Below, piece after piece: positions 8,989 to 16,753 of a stretch of 32,000 nucleotides of DNA. The translations under genes were made by a program, and so were the position numbers. How positions within the stretch are numbered: the stretch's first letter is position 1; every line of letters begins with the position of its first letter. The notes beneath the pieces are model-generated. The model saw only the letters and a program-made list of their open reading frames with translations. It was not told the origin of the DNA and did no database searches. Origin of the DNA: Candidatus Saccharimonadota bacterium (GTDB lineage Bacteria; Patescibacteriota; Patescibacteriia; 2-12-FULL-60-25); contig CP060222.1 of the NCBI GenBank assembly GCA_023898425.1, forward strand, positions 480,001 to 512,000, read 5' to 3'.

Positions 8989-9134
8989 AGATCATATTGG
9001 GGAATATTTTTACCTTTTTCTCTCCAAAAGGTGAGCTTTTTTGTCTCGACTTATCGAATATCTCTCTTGCAAAAGACAAAGCATTCATCGATCAACTAAA
9101 AGTAGACTTTCCAGATATTGAAGTCGTGCTGTAA
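8985..9134 (+). CDS. Short LRR C-terminal-cap remnant, cassette copy B
   Basis: The GTG at 8985 overlaps the upstream stop (GTGA), with GGGAG 8 nt upstream. The 49-aa product KIILGNIFTFFSPKGELFCLDLSNISLAKDKAFIDQLKVDFPDIEVVL aligns with the tail of the copy A LRR protein (LLVLDCSWNPIALDPEYQAELKAQRPGLEII). It is below the track length cutoff. Confidence 0.4.
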   Translation: MKIILGNIFTFFSPKGELFCLDLSNISLAKDKAFIDQLKVDFPDIEVVL

Positions 9135-9173
9135 GCTCTATTATTGCCTTTTTTCGAGTGTCTACTGCCCTTA

Positions 9174-9182
9174 TGCTATCCT
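9174..9182 (+). promoter_or_regulatory. Extended -10-like box TGCTATCCT, 8 nt before the phosphomannomutase ATG
   Basis: TGCTATCCT lies at 9174-9182 and the ATG at 9191. This is the same TGCTAT pattern seen before several other genes. Confidence 0.3.
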
Positions 9183-9190
9183 CTCCCCAT

Positions 9191-10546
9191 ATGCAGCCAT
9201 CTATATTTAAATCTTACGATATTCGTGCGCTTTCGCCAGGAGAAATTGAGATTTCTGATGCGGAGAGGATTGGGCGAACGCTCGGAGCGATCTATAAACC
9301 AAAACGCGTGATAGTTGGACATGATATGCGTACAACTTCACAAGAGCTTGAGGAAGCGTTGATAGAAGGCTTGCGTTCACAAGGCGCTGATATCGTTAGA
9401 ATAGGATTGTGCTCAACGCCGATGTTTTATTTTGCCATGACCGAAGCACGAGAGAGTGTAGATCTAGGCGTGATGGTTACGGCATCTCATAATCCGTCTG
9501 AGTATAATGGATTCAAGATGATGCTAGGTAATGGCTTACCCATTGGTCAGGGGAGTGGCATGGAAGACATTCGTGACATGGCTTGCTCTGAGATGCCTAT
9601 CCCGCATGCAGCACAAACCGGATCTGTTACTGATGATGAGCACGTATTAGAGCATTATATCGAAAAGATGTGGCAGCTTTCTGGTTTAGCAGGTGATTTT
9701 TCTGATTTACGTATCGCTGTAGACGCGGGCAATGGCATGAATGGTCACACCCTACCAAAACTTCTTGGACGCTTGCATGGTGCGCATATCGAAAAGCTCT
9801 ATTGGGACCTTGACGGACGTTTTCCAAATCACGAAGCAAACCCTGTAAAAACAGAAACGCTGGATGCATTGCGCGCTGTGATGAAAAAACATCAATGCCA
9901 CGTTGGCTTTGCTTTTGATGGCGATGGTGATCGTATTGGTGTTGTTGATGAAGAAGGAACCCCGATTCCGGGCGATATGTTGGGCGCGCTTTTATCCCAA
10001 GAGATTTTGCGTGATCATCTACAAGCAACCATTCTTTATGATTTGCGTTCATCATCAAGCCTACCTGAACTCATCACATCACTAGGTGGCACAGCAAAAA
10101 TGTGTCGCGTCGGTCATGCCCACATTAAAAAACAACTTATTGAAGAAAACGCCGCTTTTGCTAGTGAGCTCTCCATGCACTTTTACTTTGGTGATTTACG
10201 CGGATCCGAAGCCACTGATCTTGTCTTGCTCCTTGTCTTAAAATTCATGCAGCGTGAAGGCAAACCTCTCTCTCAACTTTGGAAGCCATTAAAAAAGTAC
10301 GCTCATTCAGGCGAAATCAATTTTAAAGTCGCTGATACACAAGCAACTATCGAGCGGATTCAAGAACATTTTGTATCTAAGGCAAAAGACATTATTACCA
10401 TTGATGGTGTGCGCATGAACTTTGAAGGCTGGTGGTTTTCGGTACGCGCATCTAATACGGAACCGCTTTTACGCTTAAATCTTGAAGCGAAGACCGTAGA
10501 AGAGATGGAGGCGCATAAAAAAGAGTTGACTGATCTTATTTACTAG
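9191..10546 (+). CDS. Phosphomannomutase/phosphoglucomutase (alpha-D-phosphohexomutase family)
   Basis: The track ORF starts at GTG 9158. I prefer the ATG at 9191 (MQPSIFKSYDIR, the usual N-terminus of this family). Family landmarks are the phosphoserine loop VTASHNPSEYNGFK and the metal site FDGDGDRIGVVD. Confidence 0.85.
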   Translation: MQPSIFKSYDIRALSPGEIEISDAERIGRTLGAIYKPKRVIVGHDMRTTSQELEEALIEGLRSQGADIVRIGLCSTPMFYFAMTEARESVDLGVMVTASHNPSEYNGFKMMLGNGLPIGQGSGMEDIRDMACSEMPIPHAAQTGSVTDDEHVLEHYIEKMWQLSGLAGDFSDLRIAVDAGNGMNGHTLPKLLGRLHGAHIEKLYWDLDGRFPNHEANPVKTETLDALRAVMKKHQCHVGFAFDGDGDRIGVVDEEGTPIPGDMLGALLSQEILRDHLQATILYDLRSSSSLPELITSLGGTAKMCRVGHAHIKKQLIEENAAFASELSMHFYFGDLRGSEATDLVLLLVLKFMQREGKPLSQLWKPLKKYAHSGEINFKVADTQATIERIQEHFVSKAKDIITIDGVRMNFEGWWFSVRASNTEPLLRLNLEAKTVEEMEAHKKELTDLIY

Positions 10547-10547
10547 T

Positions 10548-11315
10548 ATGCTCGGGCTTTTTGATTCGGGTTTAGGCGGACTTACCGTAGCAAAAGCGGT
10601 GCTCGAAGCTTTTCCTGACACAGATTTACTTTATCTTGGTGATACGGCTCGCGCACCTTACGGAAATAAAGGCCGTGAGCTCATCCAACAATATGCATTA
10701 GAAAATGCGCGTTGGTTGATTGAACATGGCGCAACGTCAATTGGCATTGCCTGCAATACCGCTTCGGTAGCGGCTACCGAACTCTTGCGAGAAACATTTC
10801 CAGAAATACCTATTTATAATGTGATTGAGCCGGTGATTTCTGAAATCAAAAAACTACAACCAAAGTCCGTAGCGATATTAGGCACACGTGGGACTCTTGC
10901 CTCACACGTTTACCAAGATTCTATTCGCGAAATAACAAGCGACATTCGTATCGAAGCGATCGCTTGTCCATTATTTGTCCCATTTGTGGAGGAGGGGATG
11001 AGTGACTCGCCAGAAGTGCTTAGTATCGCAAAAAAATACCTTGCCCCGCTTAGAGAACATCCACCGGAGCTTCTCGTGCTTGGCTGCACTCATTATCCTT
11101 TTTTAGAAAAGGTCATCGCTGAGCTTTTACCATCAACAAAGATCTTAAACGGTCCTGCGCTTTTCGCGGCTTCACTTCAAACTCCTTTACCCCCTTCTAC
11201 GAGAAAGAGCGCGCAACAAAGCTTTTATTTCACCGATTTACCTACACATACAAAAGATCTCGCGCAGAGATGGCTGAATTGCGATGAAGGTGTTATCTCG
11301 CACGTACCTTCTTAG
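10548..11315 (+). CDS. murI: Glutamate racemase
   Basis: 255 aa with FDSGLGGLTV and the catalytic Cys motifs ACNTAS and LGCTHYPF. It starts 1 nt after the upstream stop. Confidence 0.88.
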   Translation: MLGLFDSGLGGLTVAKAVLEAFPDTDLLYLGDTARAPYGNKGRELIQQYALENARWLIEHGATSIGIACNTASVAATELLRETFPEIPIYNVIEPVISEIKKLQPKSVAILGTRGTLASHVYQDSIREITSDIRIEAIACPLFVPFVEEGMSDSPEVLSIAKKYLAPLREHPPELLVLGCTHYPFLEKVIAELLPSTKILNGPALFAASLQTPLPPSTRKSAQQSFYFTDLPTHTKDLAQRWLNCDEGVISHVPS

Positions 11316-11559
11316 TCTCTCGATCCTCTCCAGCCTCGCCGCGGAGCGAAGAGGTACACGGCCTTACTGTCATCTCGACCGACTGAGCAAAGCGAAGAAG
11401 TGGAGAGATCTCGCAGCACGGGCAGATGCCTCCACTCCTCCTTACGTCGTCGGTCGGCATGACGGAAGCGTAACCCTTCGTTCACACGGAGGGACAGGGA
11501 GGATAACGAAGCGAGGGCGGATGCACCTTTCACCTCCTCTGTACGAAAGACGTTATTTT

Positions 11560-11568
11560 TGCTATTTT
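11560..11568 (+). promoter_or_regulatory. Extended -10-like box TGCTATTTT, 6 nt before the rseP ATG
   Basis: TGCTATTTT lies at 11560-11568 and the ATG at 11575, with no SD between them. Confidence 0.3.
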
Positions 11569-11574
11569 CTCCCC

Positions 11575-12732
11575 ATGTCTGTCTTGATTTTTCTCCTCAT
11601 TTTATCGGTTCTTGTTCTTGTTCACGAGCTTGGTCACTATGTTGCCGCTCGTATTTTTGGCGTAAAGGCCGAAGAGTTTGGCTATGGCTTTCCTCCTCGT
11701 GCTATTGGTTTTGTAAAAGTCGGTAAAAAATGGAAGCGCGTTTCTGGTTCGGACCAACGTAACTATGAAAATACCGTCTGGTCTCTTAATTGGTTGCCTT
11801 TAGGTGGATTTGTGAAATTAAAAGGCGAACAAGGTGACGGTACAGATCAACCGGACTCGTTTCAATCAAAAGCTGGTTGGAAGAAATTTATCATTCTTGC
11901 CGCTGGCGTCTTTATGAATTGGTTACTCGCATCGGCGATTTTTGCTTTTGGCTTTGCCTCTGGAGTGCCAGCTGAGCTTTCAGGATTGCCGCAAAACGCG
12001 ATTATCACCAACCAACATATCGAAATCACCGAGATTGTTGCCGGGAGTGCCGCACGCGAAGCAGGCCTTGAAGCAGGAGATTACATTTTGACACTTGATA
12101 ACCGTCAACCAACAAATGCAGACGACGCTCAACTCATCCTAAAAGGATACGGCGAAAATCAACCCATTAATTTCACTATTCGACGTGATGGCGAAGAAAA
12201 AGTGATTACAACTTCAGCAAAATTCTTACCCGAACTTGAGCGTGCGGGCTTTGGTATCGCGATTACAGATATTGGTATTGTAAAGTTTCCGTTCTTCTCG
12301 GCAATTGGACAAGGATTTGTGACAGCCACCTCTTATGCAGGTGCGATTATCGCAGGATTCGGACAGCTCATTCATGATCTCTTTTCTGGCGGTGGTCAGG
12401 CAGCAGATGTGTCCGGACCTGTTGGTATCGCAATTATTACTGGCCAAGTCTCAGAACGTGGCTTTTGGGCATTGATACAATTTACCGCCATCCTCTCGTT
12501 AAACCTTGCTGTTATCAACTTCTTACCAATCCCAGCTCTTGATGGTGGACGTGCGCTTTTTGTCATTTTTGAGACGCTACGTCGCAAAAAGAACGATCCT
12601 CGTATCGAGGCGGCCGTCCATCAGATCGGTTTTCTCGTTTTATTGGGCTTAATCCTCATTGTGACCCTTAAAGACCTCCAAAAGTACGGCTCCTCAATTT
12701 GGAGTGGATTATTAGGCGTATTTGGTATATAA
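11575..12732 (+). CDS. rseP: Site-2 protease, RseP/M50 family zinc metalloprotease with PDZ domain
   Basis: The track ORF 11284..12732 includes an implausible upstream extension. The ATG at 11575 gives MSVLIFLLILSVLVLVHELGHYVAARIFG, placing HExxH in TM1. A PDZ-like segment follows (ITEIVAGSAAREAGLEAGDYILTLDN), and the C-terminal NFLPIPALDGG motif is present. Confidence 0.88.
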   Translation: MSVLIFLLILSVLVLVHELGHYVAARIFGVKAEEFGYGFPPRAIGFVKVGKKWKRVSGSDQRNYENTVWSLNWLPLGGFVKLKGEQGDGTDQPDSFQSKAGWKKFIILAAGVFMNWLLASAIFAFGFASGVPAELSGLPQNAIITNQHIEITEIVAGSAAREAGLEAGDYILTLDNRQPTNADDAQLILKGYGENQPINFTIRRDGEEKVITTSAKFLPELERAGFGIAITDIGIVKFPFFSAIGQGFVTATSYAGAIIAGFGQLIHDLFSGGGQAADVSGPVGIAIITGQVSERGFWALIQFTAILSLNLAVINFLPIPALDGGRALFVIFETLRRKKNDPRIEAAVHQIGFLVLLGLILIVTLKDLQKYGSSIWSGLLGVFGI

Positions 12733-12744
12733 ACAGCATATCCT

Positions 12745-13812
12745 ATGTATATCGATGAAGCATTGCGCCTTCTTGCTAAAGAAGCGCGTGACCTGGTGCC
12801 TGCAATCTCCACACTAGAGTCCTTAGAGGAGGCCAAAACCAACTTCTTAGGACGCAAAGGTCAACTCGCAGAGCTCATGAAGCGAATGGCCGAAGCAACT
12901 ACCGAAGAGCGCCCAAAACTCGGCGCCATGGCGAACGAGATCAAAGTCGAACTCGAAGCGCTCTTTTCTGATACCGAATCACGACTAAAGCGCGAGGCAC
13001 TTAATGAAAGTCTTGCCTCAGAGACCGAGGACATCACTGAACCTGGCATCATGCCGCCTCGTGGTCATATTCATGTCATGAATCAAGCCATGGATGAAAT
13101 CGAAGGCATCTTTACCAAGGCTGGCTTTACACGCGTACGCTATCCAGAAGTTGAATGGGATGATTTTGCGTTTGAACGCTTAAACATGCCTAAAGACCAT
13201 CCTGCACGTGATGAATGGGAAACCTTCTTTATGGATGCGCCTTCACATCCACAATTTGGAAAGATGTTATTAACGCCTCATGCAACAAGTGGCACAGCAC
13301 GTATCTTAAACGAAAAACAATTACCGATTCGTGCCATCAACATCACAAAAACGTATCGTCGCCAAATGGGTATTCGTCATTTGCCAATGTTTCATCAATT
13401 TGATGGTGTTTACGTAGATAAAAATGTTTCGATCACACATTTACGTGGACTCTTTGATTACTTCGTTCACGAATTCTTTGGTCCAGAACGCAAGACACGT
13501 TATCGCCCATATCACTTTAGATTTACTGAGCCGTCATTTGAAATTGATATTTCCTGCGCTGCTTGTGACGGAACGGGTGTACTCAAAGACGAAAGCAAAT
13601 GCCGTATCTGTAAACATGGCTGGCTCGAACTTGGCGGCGCTGGCATGCTTCATCCAAATGTCTTAAAAGCAGCCGGTATCGATCCGGACGAATATTCTGG
13701 TCTTGCCTTTGGCTGGGGAATCGAACGCACCTACATGATGAAAGAAGGCTTAAACCTCGACGATATTCGTACCCTCTACAAGAACGACGTGCGTTTCTTG
13801 GAACAATTCTAG
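12745..13812 (+). CDS. pheS: Phenylalanine--tRNA ligase alpha subunit
   Basis: 355 aa. An N-terminal coiled coil (FLGRKGQLAELMK) is followed by the class II core: HPARDEWETFF, FRFTEPSFE, GWLELGGAGMLHPNVL, GWGIERTYM. Confidence 0.92.
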   Translation: MYIDEALRLLAKEARDLVPAISTLESLEEAKTNFLGRKGQLAELMKRMAEATTEERPKLGAMANEIKVELEALFSDTESRLKREALNESLASETEDITEPGIMPPRGHIHVMNQAMDEIEGIFTKAGFTRVRYPEVEWDDFAFERLNMPKDHPARDEWETFFMDAPSHPQFGKMLLTPHATSGTARILNEKQLPIRAINITKTYRRQMGIRHLPMFHQFDGVYVDKNVSITHLRGLFDYFVHEFFGPERKTRYRPYHFRFTEPSFEIDISCAACDGTGVLKDESKCRICKHGWLELGGAGMLHPNVLKAAGIDPDEYSGLAFGWGIERTYMMKEGLNLDDIRTLYKNDVRFLEQF

Positions 13813-13815
13813 AGT

Positions 13816-14154
13816 ATGCCCCAGCCCACTGCTCTTGACCGTGTTCTACACCATGTAGGTAGATTCATCGCAAAGCTCTTTGTACTGATACTCTTCCTCG
13901 GTATTTATCGCTTGGCAGATATCCTTGAATTATCCTCCTATGGTCAACTAGAATTTACGGTAGGCTGCGGCTGTGTGGCACTCTTTCTTAGTCGGATACT
14001 GCTGATATTTCGCGCAAAAGGGCTCGGGCACGATGATATGAGAACAGTTATCACTAGAGCATTGAGCGACGATAAAAATTCTATCTTAGTTCGTGACATT
14101 TTCCTTGTCTTTACCGGCCTTTTCTTCATCGTAATTAGCTTTATTGATTTCTAA
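13816..14154 (+). CDS. Small hypothetical membrane protein wedged between pheS and pheT
   Basis: 112-aa ORF. The ATG is 3 nt after the pheS stop, and its own stop is 3 nt before the pheT ATG. It has three hydrophobic segments: LFVLILFLGIY, GCGCVALFLSRILLIF, IFLVFTGLFFIVISFI. Confidence 0.5.
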   Translation: MPQPTALDRVLHHVGRFIAKLFVLILFLGIYRLADILELSSYGQLEFTVGCGCVALFLSRILLIFRAKGLGHDDMRTVITRALSDDKNSILVRDIFLVFTGLFFIVISFIDF

Positions 14155-14157
14155 CCT

Positions 14158-15435
14158 ATGAACCTCCTCACTTCTTATCGCTGGTTGCGTGAATACGTTG
14201 ACCTTGGCAAAACAACAGCTGAAGAATTCGCTGAACGCGTTTCGCTTTCTGGTCCGGGCGTAGAGCAGCTTATCCCTCAAGGCAAAGATCTTGAGAATAT
14301 TGTTATTGGTAAAATTCTTCGCATCGAAGAGCATCCAAAAGCACAAAAATTACGCTTGCCGATTGTTGATATTGGTGGACGCGAACTCACCATTGTTTGC
14401 GGTGGTACCAATATCGTCGAAGGTCAGCTTGTTGCGGTGGCACTGGTTGGCGCAAGTGTGCGTTGGCACGGAGAAGGGGAGCTAATCGTGCTTGAACCAA
14501 TCGAAATTCGCGGCGTAAAGAGCGAAGGGATGATTTGTGCGGCAAATGAGATTGGTTTATTTGACGCGTTTCCACACGGAGATGGAGAAATTTTAGATCT
14601 TGGTAAAAGCATCCCAGAATTATCTGTTGGACTTGGCACACCACTTGCTGATGCGCTTGGATTATCTGATGACACCGTCATGGACATCGAAGTTACGACC
14701 AATCGTCCTGATGCGATGGGAATGGTCGGTATGGCGCGTGAAGCATCTGCCATTTTAGACGCAGACTTCACCTGGAAAGCCCCAAAACTCCCATCAAAAA
14801 TCAAAGTTTGCGAAAAGCTCGAAGTAAACGTCGAAGAAAAAGAGCTCGCACCTCGCTATATGGCGGTGCGTATGGATGGCGTAAAGGTCACCGACTCTCC
14901 ATGGTGGATTAAACGTCTCCTGCTTGGTGCTGGAGTACGTCCACATAATAACGTCGTAGATATCACAAATTTGATTCGTCTTGAGCTTGGCCAACCGATG
15001 CATGCTTTTGATGCGGGCAAACTCGTTGGTGATACGCTTCACATTCGCAAAGCCAAAGCAGGAGAGAAGATCGCTGCACTTGATGGCATTACATACGAAC
15101 TAAGCGAAACAAATCTTGTTATTGCTGATGATGAGCAACCTCAATGCATTGCAGGCATTATGGGTGGCGAACACTCTGCTATCACGACTGATACCGTGAG
15201 CGTTATTTTTGAAGCGGCAACATTTGATCCTGTCTTTACTCGTCGAAGTGCGCGTAAACTCAATGTCTACAGCGACTCGCAAAAACTTTTCGAAAAAGGC
15301 CTCTCAACACAAGCGCCAGAATTTGCGCGCTCGCTCGTGCCATTGAGATGTGTAAGGAGCTTTGTGGAGGAGATGTTTCAAGCGAAATCGTCGACAAGAT
15401 GGCTCACGTCTATAAACCTCAAGAATTCTCCGTAA
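14158..15435 (+). CDS. pheT: Phenylalanine--tRNA ligase beta subunit, fragment 1 of 3 (frame lost near 15325)
   Basis: It contains the tRNA-binding domain (ILRIEEHPKAQKLRL...VCGGTNI) and the B3_4 domain (VTTNRPDAMGMVGMAREA). PheT-like sequence ends at ...GLSTQAPEFA; the remaining ~35 codons are out-of-frame tail. Confidence 0.9.
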   Translation: MNLLTSYRWLREYVDLGKTTAEEFAERVSLSGPGVEQLIPQGKDLENIVIGKILRIEEHPKAQKLRLPIVDIGGRELTIVCGGTNIVEGQLVAVALVGASVRWHGEGELIVLEPIEIRGVKSEGMICAANEIGLFDAFPHGDGEILDLGKSIPELSVGLGTPLADALGLSDDTVMDIEVTTNRPDAMGMVGMAREASAILDADFTWKAPKLPSKIKVCEKLEVNVEEKELAPRYMAVRMDGVKVTDSPWWIKRLLLGAGVRPHNNVVDITNLIRLELGQPMHAFDAGKLVGDTLHIRKAKAGEKIAALDGITYELSETNLVIADDEQPQCIAGIMGGEHSAITTDTVSVIFEAATFDPVFTRRSARKLNVYSDSQKLFEKGLSTQAPEFARSLVPLRCVRSFVEEMFQAKSSTRWLTSINLKNSP

Positions 15436-16010
15436 AAACCGAGCAGGTTACCACGCTCATTGGCTTACCTATCGAAGACAAAGAGATGTTGAGCTCCCTC
15501 AAGAAGCTTGGCTTTGATGCATCCATTAAAAAAGGTGTCTTAACAGCCGAAGTACCTTGGTGGCGTGACCACGATATCGAGTCAGGTCGTGATTTTATCG
15601 AAGAGATTGCACGTTTGCGTGGCTATGCGCATCTACCGGCGGTGTTTCCGGCGGGTATTTCGAATCGTCGTATTACCAAGCAACAAGTTATCGAGAAAAA
15701 GACACGCACGATTCTTAAAGGCGCTGGTTTAAGCGAAGCGTTTACCTATTCATTTGTGTCAGGAGACATGATGAAGAAAGCAGGTTTTGATCCAAGTCAC
15801 ATGTTGAGAATCGATAACCCTCTCACCACCGACTTTGAGTTCATGCGTGCATCGCTCTTACCATCCATGCTCGAAACGATTAGCGAAAATCATGAGCGTC
15901 GCAAAGAGCTCGCATTCTTTGAGATGGCACATATCTACCTCAATACGAGTGAAACTGGTACATGGAATGATCTCCTCAAGAAACCATGCAATTATCCCTT
16001 GGTATTTTGA
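15348..16010 (+). CDS. pheT: Phenylalanine--tRNA ligase beta subunit, fragment 2 of 3
   Basis: This frame already reads ALARAIEMCKELCGG from about 15326. It continues through the B5 region and core (EVPWWRDHDIE, FSYSFVS-like FTYSFVSGD, NPLTTDFEFMRASLLPSMLE). The frame is lost again near 15975. Confidence 0.9.
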   Translation: MCKELCGGDVSSEIVDKMAHVYKPQEFSVKTEQVTTLIGLPIEDKEMLSSLKKLGFDASIKKGVLTAEVPWWRDHDIESGRDFIEEIARLRGYAHLPAVFPAGISNRRITKQQVIEKKTRTILKGAGLSEAFTYSFVSGDMMKKAGFDPSHMLRIDNPLTTDFEFMRASLLPSMLETISENHERRKELAFFEMAHIYLNTSETGTWNDLLKKPCNYPLVF

Positions 16011-16573
16011 GCGATGATGCAGCCTGGAAAAAAGCAAAAGGCGCTACTGAACATCTTCTAAAAGAACTCGGCATTAAAAATGTGACTTGGAAGAAACATG
16101 AAAGCGATCCATTCTGGCACCCAGGACGTTCTGCTCAAGGATTTGTTGGCGAACATCTCGTCGCAACAATTGGTGAAATCCATCCAGAACTTCGTGAGCG
16201 TTATAAGTTTGAAGGTCGTGTTGCCTTAGCCGATATCTCCGTCAAAGAATTAGCTGAGCTTGCCTCCCACGCTGACTATCAACCAATGAATGCCTACCCT
16301 GAGGTTAAGCGTGATCTCGCCTTTATCTTGGATAGCTCCATCGAGGTTCAGTCGATTGTAGACTCTATCAAACAACTCAATCCACTCATCAGACAAGCAG
16401 AATGGTTTGATACCTATAAAGGCAAGGGGATTGCACCAGGCAAAAAATCTGTCGCTATCCGCGTGACGATCGGATCTACCGAGCGCACACTTGAATCAAG
16501 CGAAACCGAGAAAGTCATTGAAGACATAAAAGAACACGTTACCAAAGAGTATCGTGCAGAAAGCAGAAGTTAG
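15986..16573 (+). CDS. pheT: Phenylalanine--tRNA ligase beta subunit, fragment 3 of 3
   Basis: This frame is open from about 15967 (SPQETMQLSLGIL). It contains FWHPGRSA and the C-terminal ferredoxin-fold domain (DLAFILDSSIEV..., FDTYKGKGIAPGKKSVAIRVT). Confidence 0.9.
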   Translation: MQLSLGILSDDAAWKKAKGATEHLLKELGIKNVTWKKHESDPFWHPGRSAQGFVGEHLVATIGEIHPELRERYKFEGRVALADISVKELAELASHADYQPMNAYPEVKRDLAFILDSSIEVQSIVDSIKQLNPLIRQAEWFDTYKGKGIAPGKKSVAIRVTIGSTERTLESSETEKVIEDIKEHVTKEYRAESRS

Positions 16574-16580
16574 TTCAATT

Positions 16581-16604
16581 AAAAACGCCGATAAGGCGTT
16601 TTTG
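16581..16604 (+). terminator. Rho-independent terminator after pheT
   Basis: AAAAACGCC-gataa-GGCGTTTTT: a short GC stem flanked by an A-run and a T-run, 8 nt after the pheT stop. Confidence 0.55.
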
Positions 16605-16648
16605 CTACATAAAGCCATTTTACTATATCAATTATGTCTATTTTACTG

Positions 16649-16677
16649 TTGACAAAAGTGTCATTTTATGGTATTAT
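16649..16677 (+). promoter_or_regulatory. Strong sigma70-type promoter of the lipoprotein array
   Basis: TTGACA (16649-54), a 17-nt spacer ending in TGG, then TATTAT (16672-77). The layout is nearly identical to the promoter at 20653. Confidence 0.6.
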
Positions 16678-16753
16678 TTCGCGTTGACTACAGGAGTATT
16701 CTGCTTCTAAGTCATCACGATTTATGCCGTTTTGCGGCAGAAAGAGGGTTCGA

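Noticed and set aside
11284-11574. The long 5' extension of the rseP ORF (track 11284..12732) as real coding sequence
   Set aside because: M50 proteases begin with the TM helix carrying HExxH, which here starts at the ATG at 11575. The extension is Arg/Gly/Ser-rich and overlaps the murI 3' end. Its openness is explained by the high GC content of the spacer.
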